Source: Octopus sinensis
Lineage: Eukaryota
Direction: 5' to 3'
DNA: 32,461 nt
Assembly: GCF_006345805.1 (NCBI RefSeq)
Contig: NW_021832723.1
Coordinates: 1 to 32,461 of the forward strand
Positions 11,266 through 21,649 of the stretch are shown here, piece by piece; positions within the stretch are counted from its first letter, which is position 1, and each line of letters begins with the position of its first letter. The notes beneath the pieces are model-generated. The model did not search any database. It was not told where the DNA came from and saw only the letters and a list, made by a program, of their open reading frames with translations. The position numbers and the translations under genes are program-made.

Positions 11266-12204
11266 CAGTAAATCATAAACACGCTAATTTAAATTTATTT
11301 ATTTGATATTTAAATAGTACAACTTTTATAAGTAAAAAATAGTATAATTATTAATTTTTATGTGCCGATAAAATATTCAATAAGATTTGATGTCGTAAAT
11401 GGGAGAGTGTTTTTCTCTCTGACAGTCGAGACGTCTTGAATACAGCGACCTTCTATTTGGAGTTTATTTCGACAGATTGGGTCAATTTAAAAGAGGATAA
11501 AGCTATTTATCTAAACACCAGTATCTGGCCGAATAAGCCTTACTTGCATTTTTATTACCTATGAAGCTAATCAAATAACACATCTACTAGAAACTTACTT
11601 TATTTTGTCTAAAAATAGCAAAAGATAGATGATTCTTTTGGAAACTAATACACTTTTCGCTTTTACGTTTTCCTAAAAACAATTACTTGCACCTTCGTAT
11701 GTAAAAATGTGATATTTATTGGACACAAAAACCATCCATTTGTATTCGAATAAACTAAATCTTTGATGTATATTATTCGTGAATTTAAGAATTTTTCAGC
11801 AATTTAAGAACCTGAAATTATTCGCACCCCATTTGATAGAAATTAAAAAGTGGTTTTTGTAAGAAACAAGATTTCTGTTTTCATTTCATTTTAGTCACTT
11901 GGTCAAAAACGCTTTTTAATTTTTTGGGACAATTTAGTCTAATACTTTACAGTATTTTTTTCAAGCTGTTATTTTTAAGTTATATAATCTATTAATGTCA
12001 TCTATTTGATTCTTTATCATTAAATTCACCCAACAGAGCTTGTCAACTGCTGCGTATTTATTTTTGAACTTGATATTCTTCTATAGTTTCATGCAATATC
12101 TCATGAAGACGAGCTTATTAAAATTTAGTTAAGTCAGTTTTTAAATATAGTCTTTTTTCAAATCCGCTGATTCTTGAATCCGCCGATTTATTATTATTAT
12201 ACAT

Positions 12205-14130
12205 AAAAAAGAACACATAAAAAACAAACAAAAGTCAATTAAGATTCCCTTGTGCCGCGCCGACCACCCTTTGCACCAATCGCATCCTAAGGCCTCTCCG
12301 TTTTGCAAGATCTCTTAGTTCATCGAGATATCCATTGTTTTCAATTGCCTGCTTATTGCTTTTAGGTCCTCATTTAGTGTGATAGGTAAGGTTGTTCTAG
12401 GCCTTCCTCGGAATTATTTTATTTTTTCCATTAAATATTAATCTATTATGCGATTTGCCTCGACATCCAGGTCCATGTGACCGAACAGTCTCCATCTAGA
12501 TTTTCTGATTTCCATAGATATTTGATCTGTTTTGCTCAACTTATATAATTGTTCGTTTTTGATCTTCATTTTGTAGTGAATATTAAGTGCCTTACGGACC
12601 ATACTGCGATCGAAACTGTCAATAGACTCCATTGCCCATTTAAACAAACCCCATGTCACATAATTATATATTAGGATGAGAACAACAAAATATTTGTACA
12701 TCATAAGCTTTATTTTTCCACAAGGTCTTCTTCCCGAACTCCATATTTTAGAGTCTTCTTCCTGAAACCACCAGATGCAAAGATTTTTCTTTGCTACATC
12801 TTCTTCATCCCCCAGGAACGATCCGACCGTCTTCTCTATGTCTTGTCAGGTATCCTCTCTGCACGTCTGAATGATGTGAATTCCGTTTTGTCAGTGTTTA
12901 TCTTCAAGAACCATCTTTAGAAATGTTAGGAAGATGTTTGTTTATGTATTTGAGAAATTCAGAATCATCCGATACAAAGTCCAGATTATTCATGTAAATT
13001 AACTCATAATATTGTCCTTTGATGGATGATCTTAAATCCCTCAGTGCAGCCTTGAGATAAATAATAAATAGAATAGAAGAACCGAATCCCCTTGTGGAAC
13101 TTCCCGAATAATTTTAAAAAGATTGGAAGCGTTGTTTTCTATTTTAAAAGCCAGGTAAGTATTTTCTAGCAGCAAGGAAATCATTCTAAAATTATCCGTG
13201 TCTAAAAATGTATTCAGAATGTTAATAAGTAATCCCTTGTATACAGTCAAATTCACGACTTATGTCGATCCCCAGAACTTCTATGCTTTTTTGTATTTCT
13301 GGCATATTGCGCCAAATTTATTGAATTCATCTACTTGTTCCTTCACTTCCTCTTTCACCATCTGTGCGTCCATACTATGTCAGCAGTTGATCTTTTTTCC
13401 CTAAAATCGCTTTGTCCAGATGACAAGAATTTGTCGAATTTCCATTTGATTCGATTTAATACAATAATAGAGAGGGTTTACCGTAACACCTATAATAAAA
13501 TTGTTGGCCTTAGACTGTTTGCGGGACCTCTAGGTTTCCTAGGTTTTGGTACTGGAATTAGCTATCCTCTCCCAATTCCAAGATCGTTTTTGTCTTCAAA
13601 TTCTTTATTGAGTATGATGATGATTATTTCACCCAATTCAGTGGGTCCACATTTTATTAACTTTGCAGGTATATTATCAGGAACAGCCGCTTTTCTGTAG
13701 TTTAGTTTTCCTATTGCCTTGATAGTTTTCGTGATAATAATGAGATAGTTCCCGTTGATGTTATTGGAGATTTTTTTTAATTTCTTGATAGGTGAAGATG
13801 TCATAGTATTGTAAAGAGACTATGTTCTTTTTTCAATAACATTCAATATTGATTTTCCATGTTGGTCGTAAATAACAGTATTCCCTGGTTGTTTTTTTGC
13901 TAATAATCCGAATGGCTTTGAACATTTTGGGTCCGTTCTTAAATTTATTGAATTTATCGACCTGTTCCATCACTTCCTCTTTCATTTGATATTTTTGAAG
14001 TTTTTTGATTTTGTTAAAATGGGCCCATTTTGTTGCTCGTCGATTTTTTATAGAAAAGTCAAATTTATTAAAGTTTCCTAGAAAAGATTCTCGAATCTGC
14101 CGATCCGTTTGCTTTTTAGGAGTATCTTAT
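12205..14130 (-). mobile_element. Degenerate RTE/RTEX-like LINE (RT and 3' end)
   Basis: Fragments KAAVPDNIPAKLIK, PVPKPRKPRG, VPQGDS, SRWRLFGHM, RGRPRTTLP..LNEDL. A (TAA)n tail lies on the minus strand near 12208-12220. Confidence 0.8.
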
Positions 14131-14329
14131 GAAAAGGAAATAATATTAATTTAATATTTTATAACAAAAATGTAGAATTTAAATTTATCTGACAATGGAG
14201 GAATATATTGAATTTCAATATACAGAAAACAATGAATTTGTAGAAATTTTCCAAGAAGAAAACAATGAGGATAAGTTAATTAATCTCGAAAATGATTTTT
14301 GGCCAGGAACCAAAATCTAAAGATTTGAA

Positions 14330-14970
14330 GGACATTACTGTATTCACAAGAATCCGACAGAATTTTTAATTTGCACGTTTTCTATTTGAGCTACTCTCCA
14401 CTATCTTTGAAATTCCCTACTCGTCACAAGATCTAGCAAAATCTTTTTTCCCACTTCATAGCTTCACATTAATGTCTTCTTAGTACTTTTTTAAAGTGTC
14501 CTTTGATTGTAAAATCGTTGTCTTCAATCTGTTGACAGTCTTCCATGTCAATCCAACAATTCTATATTAAGCTCGTAGACCATGGTTTTTCTTATTGAAG
14601 TGCTTGAATATACACTTTGATTAAATCGTCTCCTGTAAGAGTATTCTGATAATGATTATAAAAATTGTAATGACACTTGAAATCTTTTTCACGTTGTTCG
14701 TTGTGTGTTTTTATGCTTGACACTTCTGTAACTGAACATCTAGACTATAGTGCTGGAACTGGTTCGGAACCTGTAAAAAAGCAGCCATAGAGAATGCCCA
14801 GTTTTTTTCTGTTGATGAAAATGCAAGTCCCCTTCATCTGGGAACCAACATAAAATTTAACGCAGTGAAACCAATTATCTCCTCTATTAATGTTGAGATA
14901 TAAGACATTGGGCGGCATAAATTCGAGAAGCTATCCACTCGATGTTAGGGCGTGTCTTAGGGGTGGTTGA
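14330..14970 (-). mobile_element. Possible highly decayed hAT (ZMYM1/Tip100-like) remnant
   Basis: W-ASRIYAAQCL resembles the hAT TRWxxR motif; otherwise stop-riddled. Confidence 0.25.
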
Positions 14971-15290
14971 AATGTCTTAGTAGAGGGTTTTAATTTTCAT
15001 TTTTGGGATAAAATCTCTTTCAAATCAAATCAGATAATTAAGATCTTCAGAAACTTTTTTAGTTGTTTTAAAAGATTTGATTGACAACCCCTACTATTAA
15101 CATTACAATCCTGAGCATTTCTTTGAAAATGCCAAATTGAGAAAAAGAAATCATAATCAGTCACATTTCTGTTCATAAATTTTGTAAAACTTAACTTTAG
15201 ATTAATAATTAACAAAATTTTGATACAAAAATTTAAAATACGTAAAATTCAAATATTTAGATTAGTTGTTCGACGTTGTTTTAATTTATA

Positions 15291-15814
15291 ATGGGAGATA
15301 ATCAAGTTGCTGAAAATAATTCATTACTAATTGTAAATGACTTGGATGAACAGATAATTCCAAAAAACGCTGATGGAATTACCAAAATATTTGATAAACT
15401 CTACGAAAATCGGCCCATTTCGTTGCTCGACCAAAAAAACGAATTAATGAACTTTGAAAATATATCTACGGTAGAAAAAAAGGCGCTAAATTAATTAGAA
15501 GATTGAAGACGTGGCCAAATCTATTTCTATGGTAAAAGAATCCGTTGATAATATTATTACTGAGAGAGAAATGCAAATTATTGACAAGATGAATGGAGTA
15601 TTGTTTTTTATAATAATTATAATATTAGTTGAATACAAAGATGCAAAGTTTATGTTCTCAAACTTCAGAAAGATTGAATTCTTTTAGTATTGATTTTAAT
15701 AGACTTCCATATCTAAAAGAATTTAATGATTATCTTCATACGATTGATGCCAATATTAGAAAAAATATCATGACAATCAACAATATCGATAAATTAATTA
15801 ATAAAATTTTATAA
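15291..15814 (+). CDS. Unassigned 154-aa, probably coiled-coil protein, 3 exons
   Basis: Exons 15291-15470, 15499-15597 and 15629-15814 are joined by phase-0 GT-AG introns of 28 and 31 nt into an uninterrupted ATG..TAA frame. Confidence 0.7.
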
Positions 15815-16089
15815 ATTTGTTATTTTTGTAAGTTAGATTTATAGTCAAAAATTAATTAAACAGATAAAATTAGTTAATAATCAAAGTATTATGACATAGA
15901 AGATGTAAACGATCTATACCATTTGTCATATTAAATTGGATTATCACCAAACCAAGTGGAATCAATAGAAATAAATAACAAACTGAGTCGAATTAGCAGA
16001 AAACTAATTGGGACTAACAGTAAACTTAAGTGGGATTAATATTAAACTACATGAGATCATTTTTAACCCCAAGGGGTACAATTTATCAA

Positions 16090-16540
16090 AAATTTGAAAA
16101 AGGTTATGAACCGCTGCATTAAAGAAATTAAAATTCGAGCCTGAATAAGCTAATTGTGAAATTAAAAAAATCAAGAGAAAAGAATTTGTTGAAAAATATT
16201 TAAAATTTCCACCGTAAAACAGACCAATTTTCTTTATGGATGAATCATACTTTAATCTCTATATCAGCTTGGCAGAATGCAGATCACTAAGAAGAACAAG
16301 ATGCACTGCTCTAGCTGCTGCAAAACTGGTTTGAGGCAAGCACGGATTAAACATGGTGGTTCAGTAATTATTGTGTTAGACAATGGTATCGAAGTTTTTT
16401 TATTGGTAGAATTTAATGATTTTCATATTTTTTGTCTTGGTTCTTACAGTCCAATTCTTAACCACATCGGAAATGTATGGTCAGAAGTAAAAGCTCGCAT
16501 TAAAAGAGACATCTCTTCTTTAAAAGCCAAATTTTATTAA
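16090..16540 (+). mobile_element. Tc1/mariner (IS630-like, DDE_3) transposase remnant with internal deletion
   Basis: EPE*AN..KIKRKEFVEK, PIFFMDESYFNL (first catalytic D), IIVLDNG (second D), YSPILNHIGNVWSEVKA (YSPDLNPIE motif). Confidence 0.75.
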
Positions 16541-17231
16541 AAAAAGAAAAGTTTTGTCAATGAAAGAGTATTGAACACGGATACTTGAAAAAATAATTTT
16601 AGATAAAATAAACAAGCGACGAGAGGTTTATGAATTTCTTATTGTCGCGGATGTACTAATAATAATAAATTAAGACAAGGCTGAAAAACAGAATGACCTG
16701 CAAATTTAACTAGAAATGAAGCCTATTGAACCTGCAAGCTGGTCTCGTGACGGTTGTAAAATTTTTTGGAAATCCGTGGCCCCATTTCAAAAAAGCGTAT
16801 TTGGTTACAAAGAAAAGTGAACAAAATAGAAAGCTTCCATAATAGAGACATATCTTAGAGTCACTGCAAATTAGTTTAAAAAAGTGTCTGAGATGCTGAA
16901 GGTAAGTTGCAATATTTAAAAAGATTTAAGTATGCCTCTTAAAATTTGACAAAATTGTTTTTAAGTTTTTCAATAACTCTTTGTACCATGAAGATAATTC
17001 CACTTTAAAAAATCAAACAAATTCTAAAACTTAAATTTTTTTTTGAACGCAGTCAAAACCCTTTAAAGTTTAAACTAATTCTCTCGGCACCGAAAGAATT
17101 ATCCGGTATAGAGGGGAGGCCGGTATATTTAACAAGTCATGAAATTTACTTACTAGACACCATGCTAGACTTAACATGCGCAAGTGTACTTGATTTCTGT
17201 TAGTTAAAAAACCTCGTATTATTGCCTAGAG

Positions 17232-18300
17232 CAGACGTCACCAAACTACGGCTTGCACACTATTTCGGGATATTCAATTAATACCTTAATAATTAACTCA
17301 AATAAAAACTTTAATTAAAAAATTAAACTATTTTGTAAGATTTAATTCAAAAAAAACTTATCGGCATTAACATTAAATTTTTGTTTGTTTCTATGCCTAA
17401 TATGAAAAGAAAGGTTGACCCCGAATATCGTGTATTCAATAAATTATGGGAAATGAAATATTTTTTTGCGAAAGATAAATTAAAGCAGAAAGCTTATTGT
17501 TTATATGCCACGAACATCTCTATGTTATGAAGGAGTATAAAATTCGACGTCACTATGAAACGAATCATGCTCCGATATATTCCAAGTATACTGGAAAGCT
17601 ACGTGAGGATTAAGTTGAATCACTGAAGCGCACTTTACAAATTCAACAAGGTCTTATAAAAAAAATTTTGAAAATAATGAAAATGTAACAAGAGCTGGAT
17701 ACGAGATAACGAAAATTATTTCACAACACGGAAAACCCTTTAGTGATGGGATGTATATCAAAAATTTCATTACTGAAGCAGCTAATTGTTTTTGTCCACT
17801 AAATTCTTCCTTATTTGATGGAATACGTTTGTCGGCGAGTTCTGTATCACGGAGAACTGAATAGCTTGGAAAATATATATTTACAAATTTGTGAAAAGAC
17901 AAATAATATGTTGTGGTATTCTGTTGCATTGGATGAATCAGTTGACATTTCGGGAAGATCGCAACTTCTTATTTTTATTCGTGGAGTTGATGAGAGTATT
18001 TCCATAACGGAAGAACTGGCATCTGTTTGTTTTATTCATGTAACAACCACTAGAAAAGATATTTTTGAGGAATTGGAACAAACTATAAGTGACTATAACC
18101 TTGAATGGGAGAAACTGAGTTGTGTTACGATTGACGGGGCAAAGAATATGGCTGGTTCTAAAAAGGGTCTAGTTTGGCAAATAACTATTCGAGGATGAAA
18201 TATGTTAAGTCTGCCCATTGTGCAAGATTGACTGACGAACACTTAAAATCAATTCTCATGATAGGATGTAGCAATTTAAAACCAAATATTGATGATGTCC
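17232..18300 (+). mobile_element. hAT DNA transposon (GTF2IRD2/Charlie-like), internally deleted
   Basis: 5' terminus CAGACGTCACCAAACTACGGC at 17232, preceded by GCCTAGAG. Transposase fragments KRKVDPEYRVFN, KEYKIRRHYETNH, HGKPFSDG, SVALDESVDISGRSQLLIFIRGV, VTIDGAKNMAG, then a jump directly to C-terminal KSAHCARLTDEHLKSIL. No right TIR seen. Confidence 0.85.
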
Positions 18301-18399
18301 CAGGTAGTAATCAAGACAATAAAATGACTAATGAAACACAAGACAACATATTTTATTATTTTCTGATAACTAAAATTTATTTAAATATTGGAAAAGTAG

Positions 18400-20128
18400 T
18401 TAGTAATTTTTTAGGTTTGTCGTTTCAGGGCAATATTTGTAAATAATTATTATGAATAGAGAAGAAAAAAGAATAAAAGGCACAAAACTATAAACTCCCA
18501 TTTTGTTCTAAAAGAATAAAAATAAAAATATACCTGCATTATAGGGTAAAGATTAGCAACAGCTGCATTCGCTATCCAATTAGAGAGAATTGCTATACCA
18601 ATACCCAAATCACGGTAATTTGGAGAAAACAATTCAGGAGTCATCAGCCAAGGAATAATTCCTAAAAATTAGCTAGTTCCCAAATTCCTACAAAATTACC
18701 TAGTCCAACTCCAAAACAAGCAACGTAAACAATGATAACCACAATAGCCACATAAGAAAAAAATCCCCATACAATCTATCTTTGATTACACAGAAATACC
18801 TTATATAGTAAACAAATTGTAAGACAAATTATGGAGATGGTACATCCAGTAAGACTTGTCAAAAATATAAACCTACGACCAAGTCTATCAATGTATGGTC
18901 CTGCAACTATAGATGTGACCAATTGAACAAGGCCAAGGGAAATTGTCGCTATTGAGGCAGTCATGCGACTAACTCCGGCCATTAAAAATATTGATGTAGA
19001 ATAAAAAATAACCTATTATATTTAGAAGATATTAACGCTGTTGATCCCGGAAAATTGCTGAGAGATGTGAAGAGTTAAAGCAACTCCGAGTGATTTTCGC
19101 GCATTTTTATCAACCAGTAAATCCATAAATGTGGCCTAATTGAAATCAGCGGATTTATTATTTACTTTAGAAACATTGACGAGAGTTTTTTCTTCACATA
19201 TCTCCATTATTTCATCGTCGACATTATCATTACATAAAAGTCTTTTTAGTGCTTAAGCAAAAAATAAACTGAATCAAACAATTTATTGCCCCATCTTTGT
19301 CGTTTTTTCCAAAAACAAGATAGTATGGAGATGGAGGACAGAAAGGTAGAATTATTACAAGTAAAATTGCAGTCGTACTACTAAAAGCTAAAAATAATTA
19401 GTGGAAGTGACAAGCCTAAAAGAATTGGCCATAGATTTGCTGTTCCTAATATAGATTCGAGCCCAAGAGTTTGTGAGATCACAATCCCGACAGTTATCAT
19501 CACTTGATTAAAAGAGCCGAAGAATCCTCGCTTGCATGACGGGGATATTTCATTTATATATAAGGGAACAACAGCACTAAATATTCCTGTAAGAAATATG
19601 AGCAAATTAACAACCACAGCCAATTCCAGTAACGAATCTCCCGATTACAAGAGCGAAGTATGAGTTCAGCATTAATGTAGCTCCTTGTAAACTTTCTCCT
19701 AGGATTGAAATTAACGCTGCAAGTATTAAACACTTTCGTCTAAGAAGTTAATACAGATTTAACTATACTGACCTTCCGAACTTGTAAGCAATTTGGCAAC
19801 CACTTAAACCTCCAATCATTCCACCAACACAAAAAACAGATACTGCTACAGACCAGCAAAGAATCACAGAAAATTTAGTGATTTCAAAGTGATATCGTTC
19901 TTTTAGATTAGTTTCTATAAATTTGATTATTTTCTAAGAGCTTTTAATATAGAAAATACTGCTTGTGGTTGGTTAAGAGCTCCTAGCTGGTATCCAAATT
20001 GAAATGAGCCGCCCAATACAGTAATGGCAACTGTATAAATTAATGTCTTGCTGTAAAAAGGTTTCTTAGAAAATTCATTAAAAATCAATTACATTAAGAT
20101 TTTCTATTAAATTAGCAGATTCTGTCAT
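18400..20128 (-). CDS. Facilitated glucose transporter (MFS, class I GLUT/SLC2A-like), 11 introns
   Basis: Spliced translation contains GGSFQFGYQLGALNQP, GGMIGG, FGRRK, GRFVTG, VPLYINEISP..RGFFGSFNQ, LPFCPPSP, QQFSGIN, IDRLGRR, IPWLMTPELF, NWIAN, PET. ATG at 20126-20128, stop TAA at 18400-18402. Confidence 0.92.
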
Positions 20129-20272
20129 ATTGAAAGAATTTGAAACAATATCAATACAATCGACAATTAAAATTTAAATATATAAAAATAAAAACCATTA
20201 AAGAAAATATCAAAATCAAAAATTAAATTAAAATTAATATGAGGTGCAATAAAGAAATTTTTTTTAATTTCT

Positions 20273-20312
20273 TATTGAAGTCCTAGAAAAAAAGTATTGA
20301 AGTCCTAGAAAA
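20273..20312. repeat. 18-bp direct repeat TATTGAAGTCCTAGAAAA x2 (22-bp period); also present in copy 2 (26398-26437)
   Basis: Read directly at 20273-20290 and 20295-20312, about 150 bp upstream of the GLUT ATG. Confidence 0.9.
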
Positions 20313-20364
20313 TTCGGAACTACTTGAATATATATCTAGATGTATCATTTATATAATTTTAAAC

Positions 20365-20800
20365 TAAAAATTTCAGTTCAGACTCAAAAAAACAGCAGGA
20401 AATTAAACAAAGCAGGAAATTGAGAGGAAATTCGATTGTGTCGATAATCTCGACCAAAAATGTCGAAATCAGAGTTGACACGTCAATCATGACTGAAACG
20501 AAAGTCCAATTCAATAAACCTGACATTTTTGTGGGCATTATTTCACAAGATCGTTTAAACCAAATTGAAGTGGAATTTCTGCTTGCAAACGAACTGTCGA
20601 TTTTCCACGAAAGAAAAGTAAAGATTATTACAATTGTCGTGACATAAGATAACTGACCTCTCATCCAGATACAGTCAAAAATTACAAAGAATACATCTGC
20701 TTTATCTGAAAAACCAAACAGTAGGAATTTCGTAGGATAACACAAAGCACATAAGAAAGCAGCTAGCCTGTACTTAGACACGCTTGAAACAGCCAGTACG
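20365..20800 (+). mobile_element. R4/Dong-like non-LTR retrotransposon 3' fragment (RLE endonuclease), copy 1
   Basis: KLRGNSIVSIISTKNVEIRVDT..NKPDIF..VGIISQD..LLANELS..KVKIITIVVT matches the RLE domain pattern EIRVDT..RPDIF..EVGITSQD..LLANELG, with internal deletions. Confidence 0.75.
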
Positions 20801-21296
20801 GATCGGACGGTACATGCAGACTAGCAAGAGAGTTAAAAGAAATCAATACAAAGAAACTAAACGAAAAAAATTATAACAAGAGAAAAGGGGAAGAGGGACC
20901 AAATCCGTAGAAAATAAGAGCATTTGGGTAATTGACTGCTGCATCTGTCAAGCGAAAACTGTTGGTGTTGAAATTATTTAGAGAATTTTTTAGAGCAGGG
21001 CGGTATTTGTCCCAAAAAGCTATTTTGAAATTAATGTAAAATATGGTTGTAGGTCAATGTTAGATTTCAGAACATTCTCGATCGAAATAGCTATCTTTTG
21101 CGCCAGTGCCTTTTAAACGTTTCTTTTTTCTTCAATAAAGATTAAAAAATACATTCTCAATTATGGTTAAGTTGAAGTCACTGTTTAAGTTATAAACGAT
21201 TTTGCAAATGACAGAGACCAGAATTGGAGTAGAAAGTAGGATCTTTTTGGAAGAAAGTGTTTCAGGAAAACTACTATTTGTCACCATGACAAATAT

Positions 21297-21302
21297 AAAA
21301 AA
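21297..21302 (-). terminator. Pol III T6 terminator of 5S copy 1 (equivalent at 27425-27430 in copy 2)
   Basis: A6 run on the + strand directly adjoining the 5S 3' end. Confidence 0.8.
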
Positions 21303-21418
21303 GTACGACACTGTGTGTTCCCAGGCGGTCACCCAGCCAAGTACTAGAACAGCCTGTAATCGCTTAACTTCCGTGTTCAGATGGGAACGGGTATTTACGA
21401 CTAAGTATGATCGTACTG
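21301..21418 (-). rRNA. RNA5S: 5S rRNA gene, copy 1
   Basis: Minus strand AGTACGATCATACTTAGTCGTAAATACCCGTTCCCATCTGAACACGGAAGTTAAGCGATTACAGGCTGTTCTAGTACTTGGCTGGGTGACCGCCTGGGAACACACAGTGTCGTAC. Helices I-IV pair with compensatory changes; box A (AGTTAAGC) and box C-like motifs are present. Confidence 0.95.
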
Positions 21419-21649
21419 GTTATTAATATCTCGCACTCTTTTTATCTTATATTTTCCATTATTCTTAATATTCTTAGAATTCAGTATCTTACCGCTAGAT
21501 GATTTTTCCTTTATAGCTACTGTATTTATCATGATCGCCTTTGGGTTTAATGCAAACACGATTCACATCAGAGTTAAATAATTACCGAAGTAACTTGTTG
21601 TCTTGGGGTTTTGTATCGGCTTGATTATTTGATGACTAGTATGAGTACT

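Noticed and set aside
11654-11666. TTTTCGCTTTTAC resembling U5 snRNA loop I
   Set aside because: It lacks one C of the invariant GCCUUUUAC, the flanks are not complementary, and no Sm-site architecture follows.
20359-20781. 140-aa minus-strand ORF (and its duplicate 26484-26876)
   Set aside because: It is antisense to the RLE endonuclease remnant and has no independent motif.
21301-21418. 5S as a SINE3 or Cassandra-type 5S-derived element
   Set aside because: It is full length with paired helices and an immediate T6 terminator, with no SINE body or LTR.
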